DNA of 64,000 nucleotides from assembly GCA_011052815.1 (NCBI GenBank), contig DRIG01000092.1:1916-65915 (forward strand), written 5' to 3'. Positions 49,464-58,988 of the stretch are shown one piece after another. A program made the translations under genes and the position numbers. Below the pieces are notes generated by a model. It did no database searches. It worked only from the letters and a program-made list of their open reading frames with translations, and was not told the DNA's origin. The DNA comes from a candidate division WOR-3 bacterium. GTDB taxonomy: Bacteria > Hydrothermota > Tepidihabitantia > SM23-42. Every line of letters begins with the position of its first letter. Position 1 is the stretch's first letter.

Positions 49464-51627
49464 AACGTTTTTTAAGTATCTCTTCAGCCGCCGCGGAAAT
49501 GAACTGATCTTTATGGGCGGCGGCGTTTTCCAGTAATTGTCTTGCCTTTTCTGTTCTGATGTCTGCCAGGGCGTTCAGAGCCGCCTTTTTGGTGGGTAAA
49601 ATAAGATCTTTCTTGAAGAGTGCCTTTTCATTGACGATACTGAAGAGAACATCAACCACTGAATCATCACCGAACTTACCCAGAACCGCTATGATCTCCC
49701 GTCTGAATTCTTCTTCCTTTTCATTGGGAATACCCTTACGCAGTTTCACCCATTGAACCGCTTCTTCGAGTTTTTCTTTTACATCTTCTTTATCCAGATG
49801 TTTCATTGCGGCGATGACAACTTTTTTCGATTTACTGTCTAACGCCTTTTTGATATGTTCCTTCACCCTCTCGTCACCGAGTTTACTGAGACTCTCAATC
49901 ACTGCCAGTTGAACCTGCTCGTTCTCGTCGCCGATCAATTCAGCGAGGCGGTCAACCGCAGCCATGACCTTCATCTCTCCAAGAATATAAACCCCGTTCC
50001 TGCGTATGTACCATTCCGGAGCGGTCAGTAACTTCTCGATTTCAGGTATCGCCCTCTCTCCGATCCTCACGAGGACGTCGATAATCTTCATTCTCACGGA
50101 ACGGTCCTCAGTATCTTTTAAGGTCTCAATCAATAGAGGTACTGAGAACTCTGCCATCGACATCAAGGCCTCTCTCGCTTCGGCGAATGTCCCGGGATCC
50201 CACAGAAGAGAAACCAATTCAGGAATGTAATTCTGGTCCCTGATATCACTGATGCTCTTGATGATGATCTTCTTTCTGTCCAGCAATGCCGCGTCTTTAC
50301 GTAACAGATGCTTACCGAACTTCTTTGAAACAAATTGAATGAGGTCGTCCTTTTTAAACTCCTCGGCTTTCTTATAAAGTGTCTTCAAGGCGTTGATCAC
50401 CCGATCAAATGTCTTAATCTCGGTCTCGGCGTCGGCCATGGTATCCAGACGGTCGACCAGGAGCCTGACCAGGTCGTACTTTTCGGCTTCGAAAAGTTTA
50501 TTCGCGTATTCCATAAGCTCATCGACCGCCTTAATCCTCTCCTCATGGGAAGGGTCACGAAGACGGGGGAATATGGTCCTCATCTCGCTCTCTAAGTTCT
50601 GAGCCATAAATTTCTGCGCCGCCTTTTCTCCTTTGATGGTCTTCATTTCAGTCATCAGCCGAGCGACGATCTTTTCAAAATCAAGTTCAGGTACATTGAC
50701 GCGCAGCGTCGACAAAATACCCGGCAGGCGTGAACCTGTGACATTCTTGAGAACATCGATAATCTCCTGCTCTGTTTCAGGAGTTTTATCTTTCGCCTTA
50801 ACTGAAATTATATCAATGATGTCTTCATCAGACATGCTTGGGATCAAACTTTTGAAGAGAACAGAAAGTTTTTTGTTTTCGGTGCGGTACTTTACGACAT
50901 TCTTTTTTATGGTCGGCGACAAGGCACTGAGCATACGCGAAAAAACGACGGAATATTCATTCCACCGGTCTTCACCGTATTGGTCGGCGATCATGAGGGC
51001 GAGTTTTTCCAGACCCGAAATAATCTTCCCTGTCTGCACCTCCACGGGTTCGTCACCGACAAGGCCGACGCCGGCGAGAAATCCTCCCAATTCTTTAATC
51101 CTTTCTTCATCGGTCATCGCCGCCTGGGTGACGGTCAAGGAATCCAAAAACTGTTCCCAGTTCATGGCCTGAGCCTGTTCGTCCGTGGAAATGACGCCCA
51201 CCCGGAACTTGTTGACCTTGATGCCGGTAATACCTTTTGCGCGCACGAGCGCGACGATATCACCGTAATCCGCGATGTCGGCCGGAGTCGCCGCCATGGC
51301 GGTGAAGAACTCTCTTATATCTTCTTCAGAAAGTTCAACGTTGAATGTGATACTCTTCACACCGAGTTGATTGAATCTGTGGACAAGACTCTTGACGATC
51401 GGCAGCGTTCTGGAATCAAAACGCTCATTCTCTATCATAATAACATCTTCTATAATCACCAACGAAATAGAGTCCTGTTCGATCGGTATCTCCTTGAGCA
51501 AAATTCTGAGCCTTTGAACAACCGGCTGCAATGATGGATGTCCTTTTGGATAGGTGCGTGAGATATTTATACCAAGCCCGATTTGTTTGATTAAATCATT
51601 AAGAAATTTTGTAGAATAGTCGGGCAT
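49453..51627 (-). CDS. HEAT/PBS-lyase repeat protein (724 aa)
   Basis: Repeated IRRNGVYILGEM.../AVIESLSKLGDERV units. Confidence 0.5.
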   Translation of the reverse strand: MPDYSTKFLNDLIKQIGLGINISRTYPKGHPSLQPVVQRLRILLKEIPIEQDSISLVIIEDVIMIENERFDSRTLPIVKSLVHRFNQLGVKSITFNVELSEEDIREFFTAMAATPADIADYGDIVALVRAKGITGIKVNKFRVGVISTDEQAQAMNWEQFLDSLTVTQAAMTDEERIKELGGFLAGVGLVGDEPVEVQTGKIISGLEKLALMIADQYGEDRWNEYSVVFSRMLSALSPTIKKNVVKYRTENKKLSVLFKSLIPSMSDEDIIDIISVKAKDKTPETEQEIIDVLKNVTGSRLPGILSTLRVNVPELDFEKIVARLMTEMKTIKGEKAAQKFMAQNLESEMRTIFPRLRDPSHEERIKAVDELMEYANKLFEAEKYDLVRLLVDRLDTMADAETEIKTFDRVINALKTLYKKAEEFKKDDLIQFVSKKFGKHLLRKDAALLDRKKIIIKSISDIRDQNYIPELVSLLWDPGTFAEAREALMSMAEFSVPLLIETLKDTEDRSVRMKIIDVLVRIGERAIPEIEKLLTAPEWYIRRNGVYILGEMKVMAAVDRLAELIGDENEQVQLAVIESLSKLGDERVKEHIKKALDSKSKKVVIAAMKHLDKEDVKEKLEEAVQWVKLRKGIPNEKEEEFRREIIAVLGKFGDDSVVDVLFSIVNEKALFKKDLILPTKKAALNALADIRTEKARQLLENAAAHKDQFISAAAEEILKKRFNV

Positions 51628-51629
51628 AG

Positions 51630-52274
51630 TTATTCCTCTTTTATTTTATACTCAAATCCTTTGACTGTCAAGGCGTCTTTAACGAATTCTCCTATTTCAG
51701 TATAAACAAAGAAGGCCTTTGTCGCTTTGTATAAATCCTCGCATACCAGGAGGGTATTATCCTCGGCGTTCTTCTGAAGAATCTGGCTTTTTTTAAAGCC
51801 CTGCGTGATTATCAGCGCATTTTTGAGGGTGTTTGTCAAACTGAATATCAGGGCGTTGTCTATCGAGATCCCAATCTTCAACCCGATGGGAGTCTCAAGC
51901 AATTTTTCTTTATTGAACTTCATCAACGCCTTAAGCATATCCTCGGCAGCGATGATCGCCATATGTGGAGCAAAATCCGTCCCGCGTGGAAAACCGAAGA
52001 CACCGACGATCTCATCACCTATGATCTGATAAATGACTCCCTTGTATGATTCTATTATTTTTGAAAACACCCCGAATATCTCATTTAAAAACGCCATGAC
52101 ATCTTCGGCGATCATCTGTTCGCTCATTTTGGTGAAACCGGAAAGATCCGCCCTCAAGAACGTCAATCGGAGATTTTCAAACGGCAATTCTTTCTGTCCT
52201 TCAATAAACACACCGCAAAATGGACAGAAATGGAGCGGCTCGGTGATTTCAGCGTTACAATTCTTGCATCTCAT
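51630..52274 (-). CDS. Zinc-ribbon plus class III adenylate/guanylate cyclase domain protein
   Basis: CKNC...CPFC ribbon. FLRADLSGFT...GDEIVGVFG cyclase motifs. Confidence 0.55.
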   Translation of the reverse strand: MRCKNCNAEITEPLHFCPFCGVFIEGQKELPFENLRLTFLRADLSGFTKMSEQMIAEDVMAFLNEIFGVFSKIIESYKGVIYQIIGDEIVGVFGFPRGTDFAPHMAIIAAEDMLKALMKFNKEKLLETPIGLKIGISIDNALIFSLTNTLKNALIITQGFKKSQILQKNAEDNTLLVCEDLYKATKAFFVYTEIGEFVKDALTVKGFEYKIKEE

Positions 52275-52277
52275 ATT

Positions 52278-55200
52278 TTAGATCTCAAGTAAACTCTTGT
52301 ATTCAGGACTTTCACTGAAGATTTTCCGATGTTCATCATTCAACTTGAATTTGATATCATCATAGACAAAGAGGGCTTTACGTCCGTAATAGCGTGCTTT
52401 TTCAAGATCATCCTCTTCAAGAAAAACCCTGGTTAATCTGTATAATGCGGACGCAATTAAAGGCGGCGCCTTTATCGTCTCGGCGATCTCCAACGCCTTC
52501 CTCGCATTATCAACCCGTTCTTCTTCATCGAGCAAGGAAAGTATTATATAACAGTAGAACTCAATCTCTTTCTGGGCGAACTTCTGGGCGTTGACCAGGG
52601 CGTTTCTGATAAAATCATGGGTTTTCTGATAATCCTCTAACCTATAGTACACCACGGCTTTTTTCAAATTGATCTCTGCAAGCAGATTTTCTCTTATAAG
52701 AAACGTCAGCTTCTTATCGGCATATTCCAGATATTTCTCCGCCTCTTCCCTTTGTCGGTTAAGCGCCTTAACTGCGGCAAGATCAAGGGCGGACTTCAAA
52801 GCCACTTCAGTATTCCCGATATCCTCGGCGGTCTCAAAACTTTCAAGCAACAGTTTCTCAACCACAGATAGATTCCATAATTGAGTATTGATCGCGGCAA
52901 CGAGATATTTAAAACGAACCTGCCAGCGCAGATCTTGTTTCGGGATAAGTTCCTCCAAGCCGTAATTCAGGTAATCGAGTGCCTGTTCATAATTACCCAG
53001 AATCCTGTGAAGTTGTGACAGATTATAGAGACAGGAAATTTCGGCTTTTTTGATTTCGTTATCCCGCGCCGTGTTCCAGCTGAGATTATAGTTTATGATA
53101 CTCTTTTCATATTCATATCTGTTTTGATAAAGTAACGCAAGGTCTGAATAGAGAACAGCCAATATATCAACCATCTTATCATCGCATCGATCAACCGCAG
53201 AAAGCAGTAACTCCTCTGCTTTATCGAACCTGGCGTCCAGCAATAATGCATAGGCATACCGTTCCATAAAATTGATTTCCCGTACCACATCCCTGGACTT
53301 CCGGGAAAGTTCCAGTCCCTGTTGTGCGGTTTTGCTCATCTTCTGGACATCCCCGGTGATTTCGTAGATATCTGTAAAATTCAACAGGAGGTCATTCATC
53401 AAATCTGAACCGATCCTGCCGTCTGTATCTTTATTTATTTTGAGAACGACATTATAAAAATTCAACGCCTGCTCTATTGCATAAAGATTCTTTGCTTTAT
53501 CTCCGGCAAGTTTGTGATACTCTGCGGCCTTCTTATAGTTTTCACAGACCAAATAATGATGTCCGATATTTTCATAGAAATCCGACAACTGATCTGCATA
53601 CAGCTTTTCGAACAGGGTCGCGACCAGCTGATGAATCTCCTTTCTCTTTCTCAAAGGAAGAACCGTGTAAGCGGCATCCTTCAGCAGATTGTGGCGGAAA
53701 ACATATACCGGATCCCTGTCGTTCTTTGATAAAACAATGTATCCCTCTTCAACGAGATAATGGAGTTGATTAACCAGATCCACATTGTCAAACAACCCCT
53801 TGAGGATGCGCAGACTGAAACTGTAACCTATGACCGAGGCGTAATCAATCAACAACCTGTAATCCGAAGGCAGAGAATCGATCGTCGACATAACCACGCC
53901 GTACAGGTCATCCAGGAATGAAAGGCGCTGTTCTTTTTCAAGTACCCATTGACCAGCGACCTTCTTTATCAATTTGGTTCTTCGGGTGTTTCTGATCGCC
54001 TCAATGGTGAAAAGAGGATTGCCCCCGGCTGATCTGTAAATGAAGTCAACGACCTTCTCATCCACATCACCGAGAATATAACGCACCAGATTCCGCACCT
54101 CGGACAGAGAAAGCGGGGTGAGATTGATTTCATCTATCGGGCATTCGATGTTCGTCAAAAACTCACGGGAGACATTAACCATAAGAAACATTACCGGACA
54201 ATCTTTGAGTTCTGAAGTCAAATAAGCCACAAGATATTTTGACATCTCGTCGGCCCTGTTGAACTCTTCAAAGATCAAAACCAGCGCTTTGCCGCGACAT
54301 TCATTCTTCAGAAGATTTCTGACCGCAGTGTATATCTCTTCATTCACTGATTCTATCTCATCCTGTTTAAGCCTTCTCAGATCCGTGGAGAAAAGATGAT
54401 TCAGGCCCCTGACGTCGAATCGGGACAATTTACCTTCTGAAACGGCATTATCGAGTTTTTCCGCCACCGTCTCATTCCCGTCGAATTCATTGATGTTAAG
54501 ATATTTCTTTAATAAAAATTTAAAGGGATAATACGGTGTCTGGATCTCGACCGAGCAATGGGTCTCCAGAAAAGCAAAAGAATCATCCTGTGCCAGATAT
54601 TTTTCAAACTCTTCCTTGAGTCTGGTCTTTCCGATACCCATCTGACCGCTGATCACACAGAATCTTTCTTTGTTCTCTTTGATGCTGTTTGAAAGATCTA
54701 TCAATTTTTTCAATTCTTTTTCACGACCGCAGATCGGAAATTTCTGGGAAAATATCGTCTGAGATTCCTTCTCGACCTTTTTAACAAGATAGACATTGAT
54801 CTTGGTGGTCTTTCCTTTTACACTCCGTTCTCCGATGTGGTCGGCTTTTATATATTCAGCAGTCTTATCATAGGTGCTTCCACTGATGACGATTTCGTTC
54901 AAAGGACATATCTCAGTAAGTCGGGCGGCGGTATTGATCGTATCACCGATCACGGTCAGAAACGAAAACTTCTCCAATATATATCCGAAGAACGCCCGGC
55001 CGGTATTGATACCGATGGTGATATCTATCCCTTCGGGAAATTCGCCGCTCTTTCTCTTGTTCTGCCACCAATTCCGGATGCGCCAGGCGCAACGGATGAC
55101 CCTGATCGGATCATCGGCGTGCGCTTTGGGTGCACCGAAGATCCCAAGGATACGGCTGTCCGGAATGATCTGATTGGCGGTACCTTTATACTCGTTGATT

Positions 55201-55454
55201 ATATTTTCAACCTCGGTGAAATATTCCCTGATCTTGGTGATGACCTCTTTAGGAGATTTGGTGCTGATTAATTTTTCAAAACCGATGAAGTTGACGAAGA
55301 AGACCGAGAGCATTCTCAGTTCTCCCCCCCATAGTTTCAGACGATCAGACACCCTTGACTGCTCTGCCGATGCCAGAATCGGTGTACCGCAGTTCGGGCA
55401 GAAAACCGCCTTTTCATTTACAACCGAATAACTACATAAAGGGCACTCAATCAT
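52278..55454 (-). CDS. Zinc-ribbon - adenylate/guanylate cyclase - STAND NTPase - TPR signalling protein (1058 aa)
   Basis: CPLC...CPNC, cyclase motifs (FVNFIGFE, GDTINTAARL), Walker A (GQMGIGKT), then TPR repeats. Confidence 0.55.
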   Translation of the reverse strand: MIECPLCSYSVVNEKAVFCPNCGTPILASAEQSRVSDRLKLWGGELRMLSVFFVNFIGFEKLISTKSPKEVITKIREYFTEVENIINEYKGTANQIIPDSRILGIFGAPKAHADDPIRVIRCAWRIRNWWQNKRKSGEFPEGIDITIGINTGRAFFGYILEKFSFLTVIGDTINTAARLTEICPLNEIVISGSTYDKTAEYIKADHIGERSVKGKTTKINVYLVKKVEKESQTIFSQKFPICGREKELKKLIDLSNSIKENKERFCVISGQMGIGKTRLKEEFEKYLAQDDSFAFLETHCSVEIQTPYYPFKFLLKKYLNINEFDGNETVAEKLDNAVSEGKLSRFDVRGLNHLFSTDLRRLKQDEIESVNEEIYTAVRNLLKNECRGKALVLIFEEFNRADEMSKYLVAYLTSELKDCPVMFLMVNVSREFLTNIECPIDEINLTPLSLSEVRNLVRYILGDVDEKVVDFIYRSAGGNPLFTIEAIRNTRRTKLIKKVAGQWVLEKEQRLSFLDDLYGVVMSTIDSLPSDYRLLIDYASVIGYSFSLRILKGLFDNVDLVNQLHYLVEEGYIVLSKNDRDPVYVFRHNLLKDAAYTVLPLRKRKEIHQLVATLFEKLYADQLSDFYENIGHHYLVCENYKKAAEYHKLAGDKAKNLYAIEQALNFYNVVLKINKDTDGRIGSDLMNDLLLNFTDIYEITGDVQKMSKTAQQGLELSRKSRDVVREINFMERYAYALLLDARFDKAEELLLSAVDRCDDKMVDILAVLYSDLALLYQNRYEYEKSIINYNLSWNTARDNEIKKAEISCLYNLSQLHRILGNYEQALDYLNYGLEELIPKQDLRWQVRFKYLVAAINTQLWNLSVVEKLLLESFETAEDIGNTEVALKSALDLAAVKALNRQREEAEKYLEYADKKLTFLIRENLLAEINLKKAVVYYRLEDYQKTHDFIRNALVNAQKFAQKEIEFYCYIILSLLDEEERVDNARKALEIAETIKAPPLIASALYRLTRVFLEEDDLEKARYYGRKALFVYDDIKFKLNDEHRKIFSESPEYKSLLEI

Positions 55455-55619
55455 TCCTTAATACTCCTCAAAAATACGCCCGCTTTCTTTTAAAATGCAT
55501 ATTTTTTATTATAAAGATATTAAATGAATTGTCAAGATTTTATCAACCCTTAAGTCTACCCGCGTTCACTCTGCTTTCAAGGATATTGATTATTCACCCG
55601 TTCCCGTTATAATTGTGGG

Positions 55620-56633
55620 ATGAGAGAAAATATAAAAGAGTATTCCCTTAAGGCGTTGAAAGAGAAGATGCTCACCTTGAATCTCGAGGCGTATCGAGGC
55701 GAACAGGTCTTCAAGTGGCTGTGGCAAAAGGACGCTGATGATTTCACCGTTATGACCAATCTTTCAAAGGAATTAAGAAAATTATTCGCCGGAATATTCT
55801 TCATTCCTGAATTAAAAATTCTCAAAGTGCTCTCTGCCGAGGACGGCTCGAAAAAATTCCTCTTTCAACTGGAAGATAATGAAAAGATCGAAGCGGTCTT
55901 CATCCCCGAGGCAAAAAGAAAAACCGTCTGTGTCTCAACCCAGGTCGGCTGTCCTCTGCAGTGTCGGTTCTGTGCCACGGCGTTAATGGGTTTTATCCGT
56001 AATCTGGAGGCTTACGAAATAGCGGAACAGATCAGACTCATCCAGAAACAGATTAAAGAAAAGATCACCAATATCGTCTTTATGGGTATGGGAGAACCGC
56101 TCTTGAATTTCGAAAATCTTATCGCTGCAATTGAAATAACCAGTTCACCCCTTGCCCTGGGTATCAGTCAGAGGCATACGACGATTTCAACAGCCGGCCT
56201 GACCGACGGCATCCGTCGACTGCTGAATTCACCTTATAAGGTGAAGCTTGCAATATCTCTGAACTTTCCGGATCAAAAACAGCGGAGTAAGATGATGCCG
56301 ATAAACAAAAAATTTCCCCTGAGTGAAATCCTGCCCCTGGCTAAGGACTACAGTATCAAAAAAAATATGGTCACATTCGAATATGTACTTATCGATAAAA
56401 TAAATGACCGCATAAAAGACGCCCAGAAGTTGCTTGATCTGCTCAAGGGAATACCTTCAAAGATAAATCTCATCCCCTATAATCCACATCCGCGGTTGCC
56501 GTATAAAAGACCGACTCCTGAAAAGATCGACAAATTCCACCAATACCTTCTGAGGTCCCACCATACCGTCACCATGAGGAAATCCCGGGGACAGAAGATA
56601 CTGGCGGGTTGCGGTCAGCTTGCGCTTTCCTGA
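55620..56633 (+). CDS. rlmN: 23S rRNA m2A2503 methyltransferase RlmN (radical SAM)
   Basis: CPLQCRFC cluster motif and RlmN-like ends. Confidence 0.7.
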   Translation: MRENIKEYSLKALKEKMLTLNLEAYRGEQVFKWLWQKDADDFTVMTNLSKELRKLFAGIFFIPELKILKVLSAEDGSKKFLFQLEDNEKIEAVFIPEAKRKTVCVSTQVGCPLQCRFCATALMGFIRNLEAYEIAEQIRLIQKQIKEKITNIVFMGMGEPLLNFENLIAAIEITSSPLALGISQRHTTISTAGLTDGIRRLLNSPYKVKLAISLNFPDQKQRSKMMPINKKFPLSEILPLAKDYSIKKNMVTFEYVLIDKINDRIKDAQKLLDLLKGIPSKINLIPYNPHPRLPYKRPTPEKIDKFHQYLLRSHHTVTMRKSRGQKILAGCGQLALS

Positions 56634-56636
56634 AAA

Positions 56637-58064
56637 TTACCAGACGCCTGTCTTTAAATATTCATGGATCGAGCGTGCTGCAACCCTGCCGTCACCCATC
56701 GCCAGAATAACGGTCGCTCCGCCGCGCACCACATCGCCGCCTGCCCAAACACCCTTCTTTGAAGTCTTGCCGGTCTCAGGGTCGACCTCGATATTCCCCC
56801 ATTTCCCGACCTTTAAATCAGGTGTCGTCTGTGCGATCAACGGATTCGGACTCTGACCGATCGCCACGACCACGGTGTCGACCGGTATTTTAAAATTAGA
56901 ACCTTCGATCGGCAACGGCCTCCTTCTACCTGATGCATCGGGCTCGCCCAATTTCATCCTGATACACTCGGCTTCCTTGACCCAACCGTTCTCATCTGCG
57001 TGGTACGCCACCGGCAGGGTGAGGATTTCAAAAATTATACCTTCTTCTTTTGCGTGTTCAATCTCTTCGATTCTCGCGGGCATCTCTTTTTCAGACCGTC
57101 GATAGATTATTCTCACCTCTTCGGCGCCGAGCCTCAACGCGGTCCGTGCCGAATCCATCGCTACATTGCCGCCGCCGATGACGGCTACTTTTTTACCGCG
57201 GACAATGGGTGTATCATACTGCGGAAAGAGATATGCCTTCATAAGATTGGAACGTGTCAAATACTCATTCGCCGAATAGACACCGTTGTAATTCTCTCCG
57301 GGGATATTCATGAACCAGGGAAGGCCAGCACCTGTTCCCAGATATATCGCGTCAAACTCTTCAAGAAGCTCATCCAGGGTCTTGGTCCTGCCGACGACAA
57401 AACTTGTTTCAAGCCTAACACCTAATTTCAACAGATAATCGACTTCGCGCTGCACAATGGTCTTGGGCAATCTGAATTCCGGAATGCCGTATACCAGCAC
57501 GCCGCCTGGTTTATGTAACGCCTCAAAGATGACGACCTCATGTCCCAATTTAATCAGGTCGCCGGCGACCGTAAGTCCACCGGGACCTGAACCTACCACT
57601 GCCACCCGTTTACCAGTAGACGGCGCCTTTGGAGGTATTTCCGCGGCACCCTGCTCGGCTTCCCAGTCTGCGATAAACCGTTCCAGTCTACCGATGCCCA
57701 CCGGCTCGTATTTTTTAGCCAGGACACATACCTTCTCACACTGATCCTCCTGGGGACAAACCCTGCCGCAGACAGCCGGAAGTACATTCTTATCCTTCAT
57801 TATTTTTATCGCGGCTCGAAAATCGCCTTCGGCGATTTTCTTAATAAAACCGGGAATGTCGATCTCCACAGGACAGCCCGCTATACAGGTCGCCCTTTTA
57901 CACTGCAGACAGCGTTTGGCTTCCTGGATCGCCTCTTCTTCTGAATAGCCGTACGGAACTTCATTAAAATTCTTTATGCGTTCTTCAGGAGGCTGCTCTT
58001 TCATCGGTATTTTCTGCGGAATGATCTTCTTAGCCATGGCAACCTCCTTTGCACGATCTTTCAA
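56637..58064 (-). CDS. GltD-like FAD/NAD(P) oxidoreductase with two [4Fe-4S] clusters (NfnB/SudA-like)
   Basis: Cys clusters CKRATC..C, GSGPGG dinucleotide motifs. Overlaps its partner gene. Confidence 0.6.
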   Translation of the reverse strand: MKDRAKEVAMAKKIIPQKIPMKEQPPEERIKNFNEVPYGYSEEEAIQEAKRCLQCKRATCIAGCPVEIDIPGFIKKIAEGDFRAAIKIMKDKNVLPAVCGRVCPQEDQCEKVCVLAKKYEPVGIGRLERFIADWEAEQGAAEIPPKAPSTGKRVAVVGSGPGGLTVAGDLIKLGHEVVIFEALHKPGGVLVYGIPEFRLPKTIVQREVDYLLKLGVRLETSFVVGRTKTLDELLEEFDAIYLGTGAGLPWFMNIPGENYNGVYSANEYLTRSNLMKAYLFPQYDTPIVRGKKVAVIGGGNVAMDSARTALRLGAEEVRIIYRRSEKEMPARIEEIEHAKEEGIIFEILTLPVAYHADENGWVKEAECIRMKLGEPDASGRRRPLPIEGSNFKIPVDTVVVAIGQSPNPLIAQTTPDLKVGKWGNIEVDPETGKTSKKGVWAGGDVVRGGATVILAMGDGRVAARSIHEYLKTGVW

Positions 58065-58875
58065 AAAGTTCCATTGATTCTTTCTCCTGTTTAAGATAGG
58101 TGTTGAGTCGTTTCAATAAAAGATCATAATTAACAAGATGACCGTCGAATTCCGGGCCGTCGACACAGGCGAACTTGGTCTCGCCGCCGACCTCAACCCG
58201 ACAGACACCGCACATACCCGTTCCATCGAGCATTATCGGATTTAAACTCACAAGCGTCTTTATTTTATAAGGCCTTGTTGTTTCAGAAACAGCCCGCATC
58301 ATCACGACGGGGCCGACTGCAAACACCCTGTCGATCTTTTTGCCTTTATCAATAAGTTCTTTAAGTGCATCGGTCACAAAGCCCTTCCGCCCGTATGAAC
58401 CGTCATCCGTCGTCACGTGCAATTCATCGGAAACCGCCTTCATCTCTTCTTCCATAATGAGCAGATCTCTGGAACGTGCGCCGATAATGGAAACCACATA
58501 GTTGCCGCTCTCACGCAATCCCCGTGCCACAGGATAGATCTCCGGAGTTCCGACACCACCGCCGATACAGACGACCGTACCGAACTTTTCTATCTCGGTC
58601 GGTTTTCCCAGGGGACCGACGACGTCCATAATTGTATCGCCTTCTTTCAAAAGATCCAATTCTTTCGTACTCTTCCCCACTATCTGGAAAACGATGTTGA
58701 TTATTCCCCTCTGCGGATCATAATCCTGGAGGGTCAGCGGTATCCGCTCCGACTCCTCCTTTAATCTGATAACGACGAATTGTCCGGGCAGCGCCTTTCG
58801 GGCGATCAACTCATTCTTAATTTTGATTAATGTAATTCCTTGAGCCAAACTCTTTTTTTCAAGAATTTCATTCAT
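58030..58875 (-). CDS. PyrK-like FAD / [2Fe-2S] electron-transfer subunit (NfnA/SudB-like); start taken at MNEIL
   Basis: CGVCRVEV...C cluster. Minus-strand AGGAG RBS (plus-strand ctcct) just upstream of the ATG at 58875. The ORF-track start at 58950 is probably too far upstream. Confidence 0.55.
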   Translation of the reverse strand: MNEILEKKSLAQGITLIKIKNELIARKALPGQFVVIRLKEESERIPLTLQDYDPQRGIINIVFQIVGKSTKELDLLKEGDTIMDVVGPLGKPTEIEKFGTVVCIGGGVGTPEIYPVARGLRESGNYVVSIIGARSRDLLIMEEEMKAVSDELHVTTDDGSYGRKGFVTDALKELIDKGKKIDRVFAVGPVVMMRAVSETTRPYKIKTLVSLNPIMLDGTGMCGVCRVEVGGETKFACVDGPEFDGHLVNYDLLLKRLNTYLKQEKESMELFERSCKGGCHG

Positions 58876-58988
58876 GTATACTCCTTTCAGGCTGTAACTA
58901 TACATAAAAAACAGTATTTTGTCAACGGGAGCAGACGCCTCGGTTATCACTGCCTTGACAATACTATTTTTTATATTATAATCTACCA

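Noticed and set aside
50006-51534. Several 70-184-aa plus-strand ORFs inside the HEAT-repeat gene region
   Set aside because: Antisense to a 724-aa repeat-protein gene. No start-site or RBS support.
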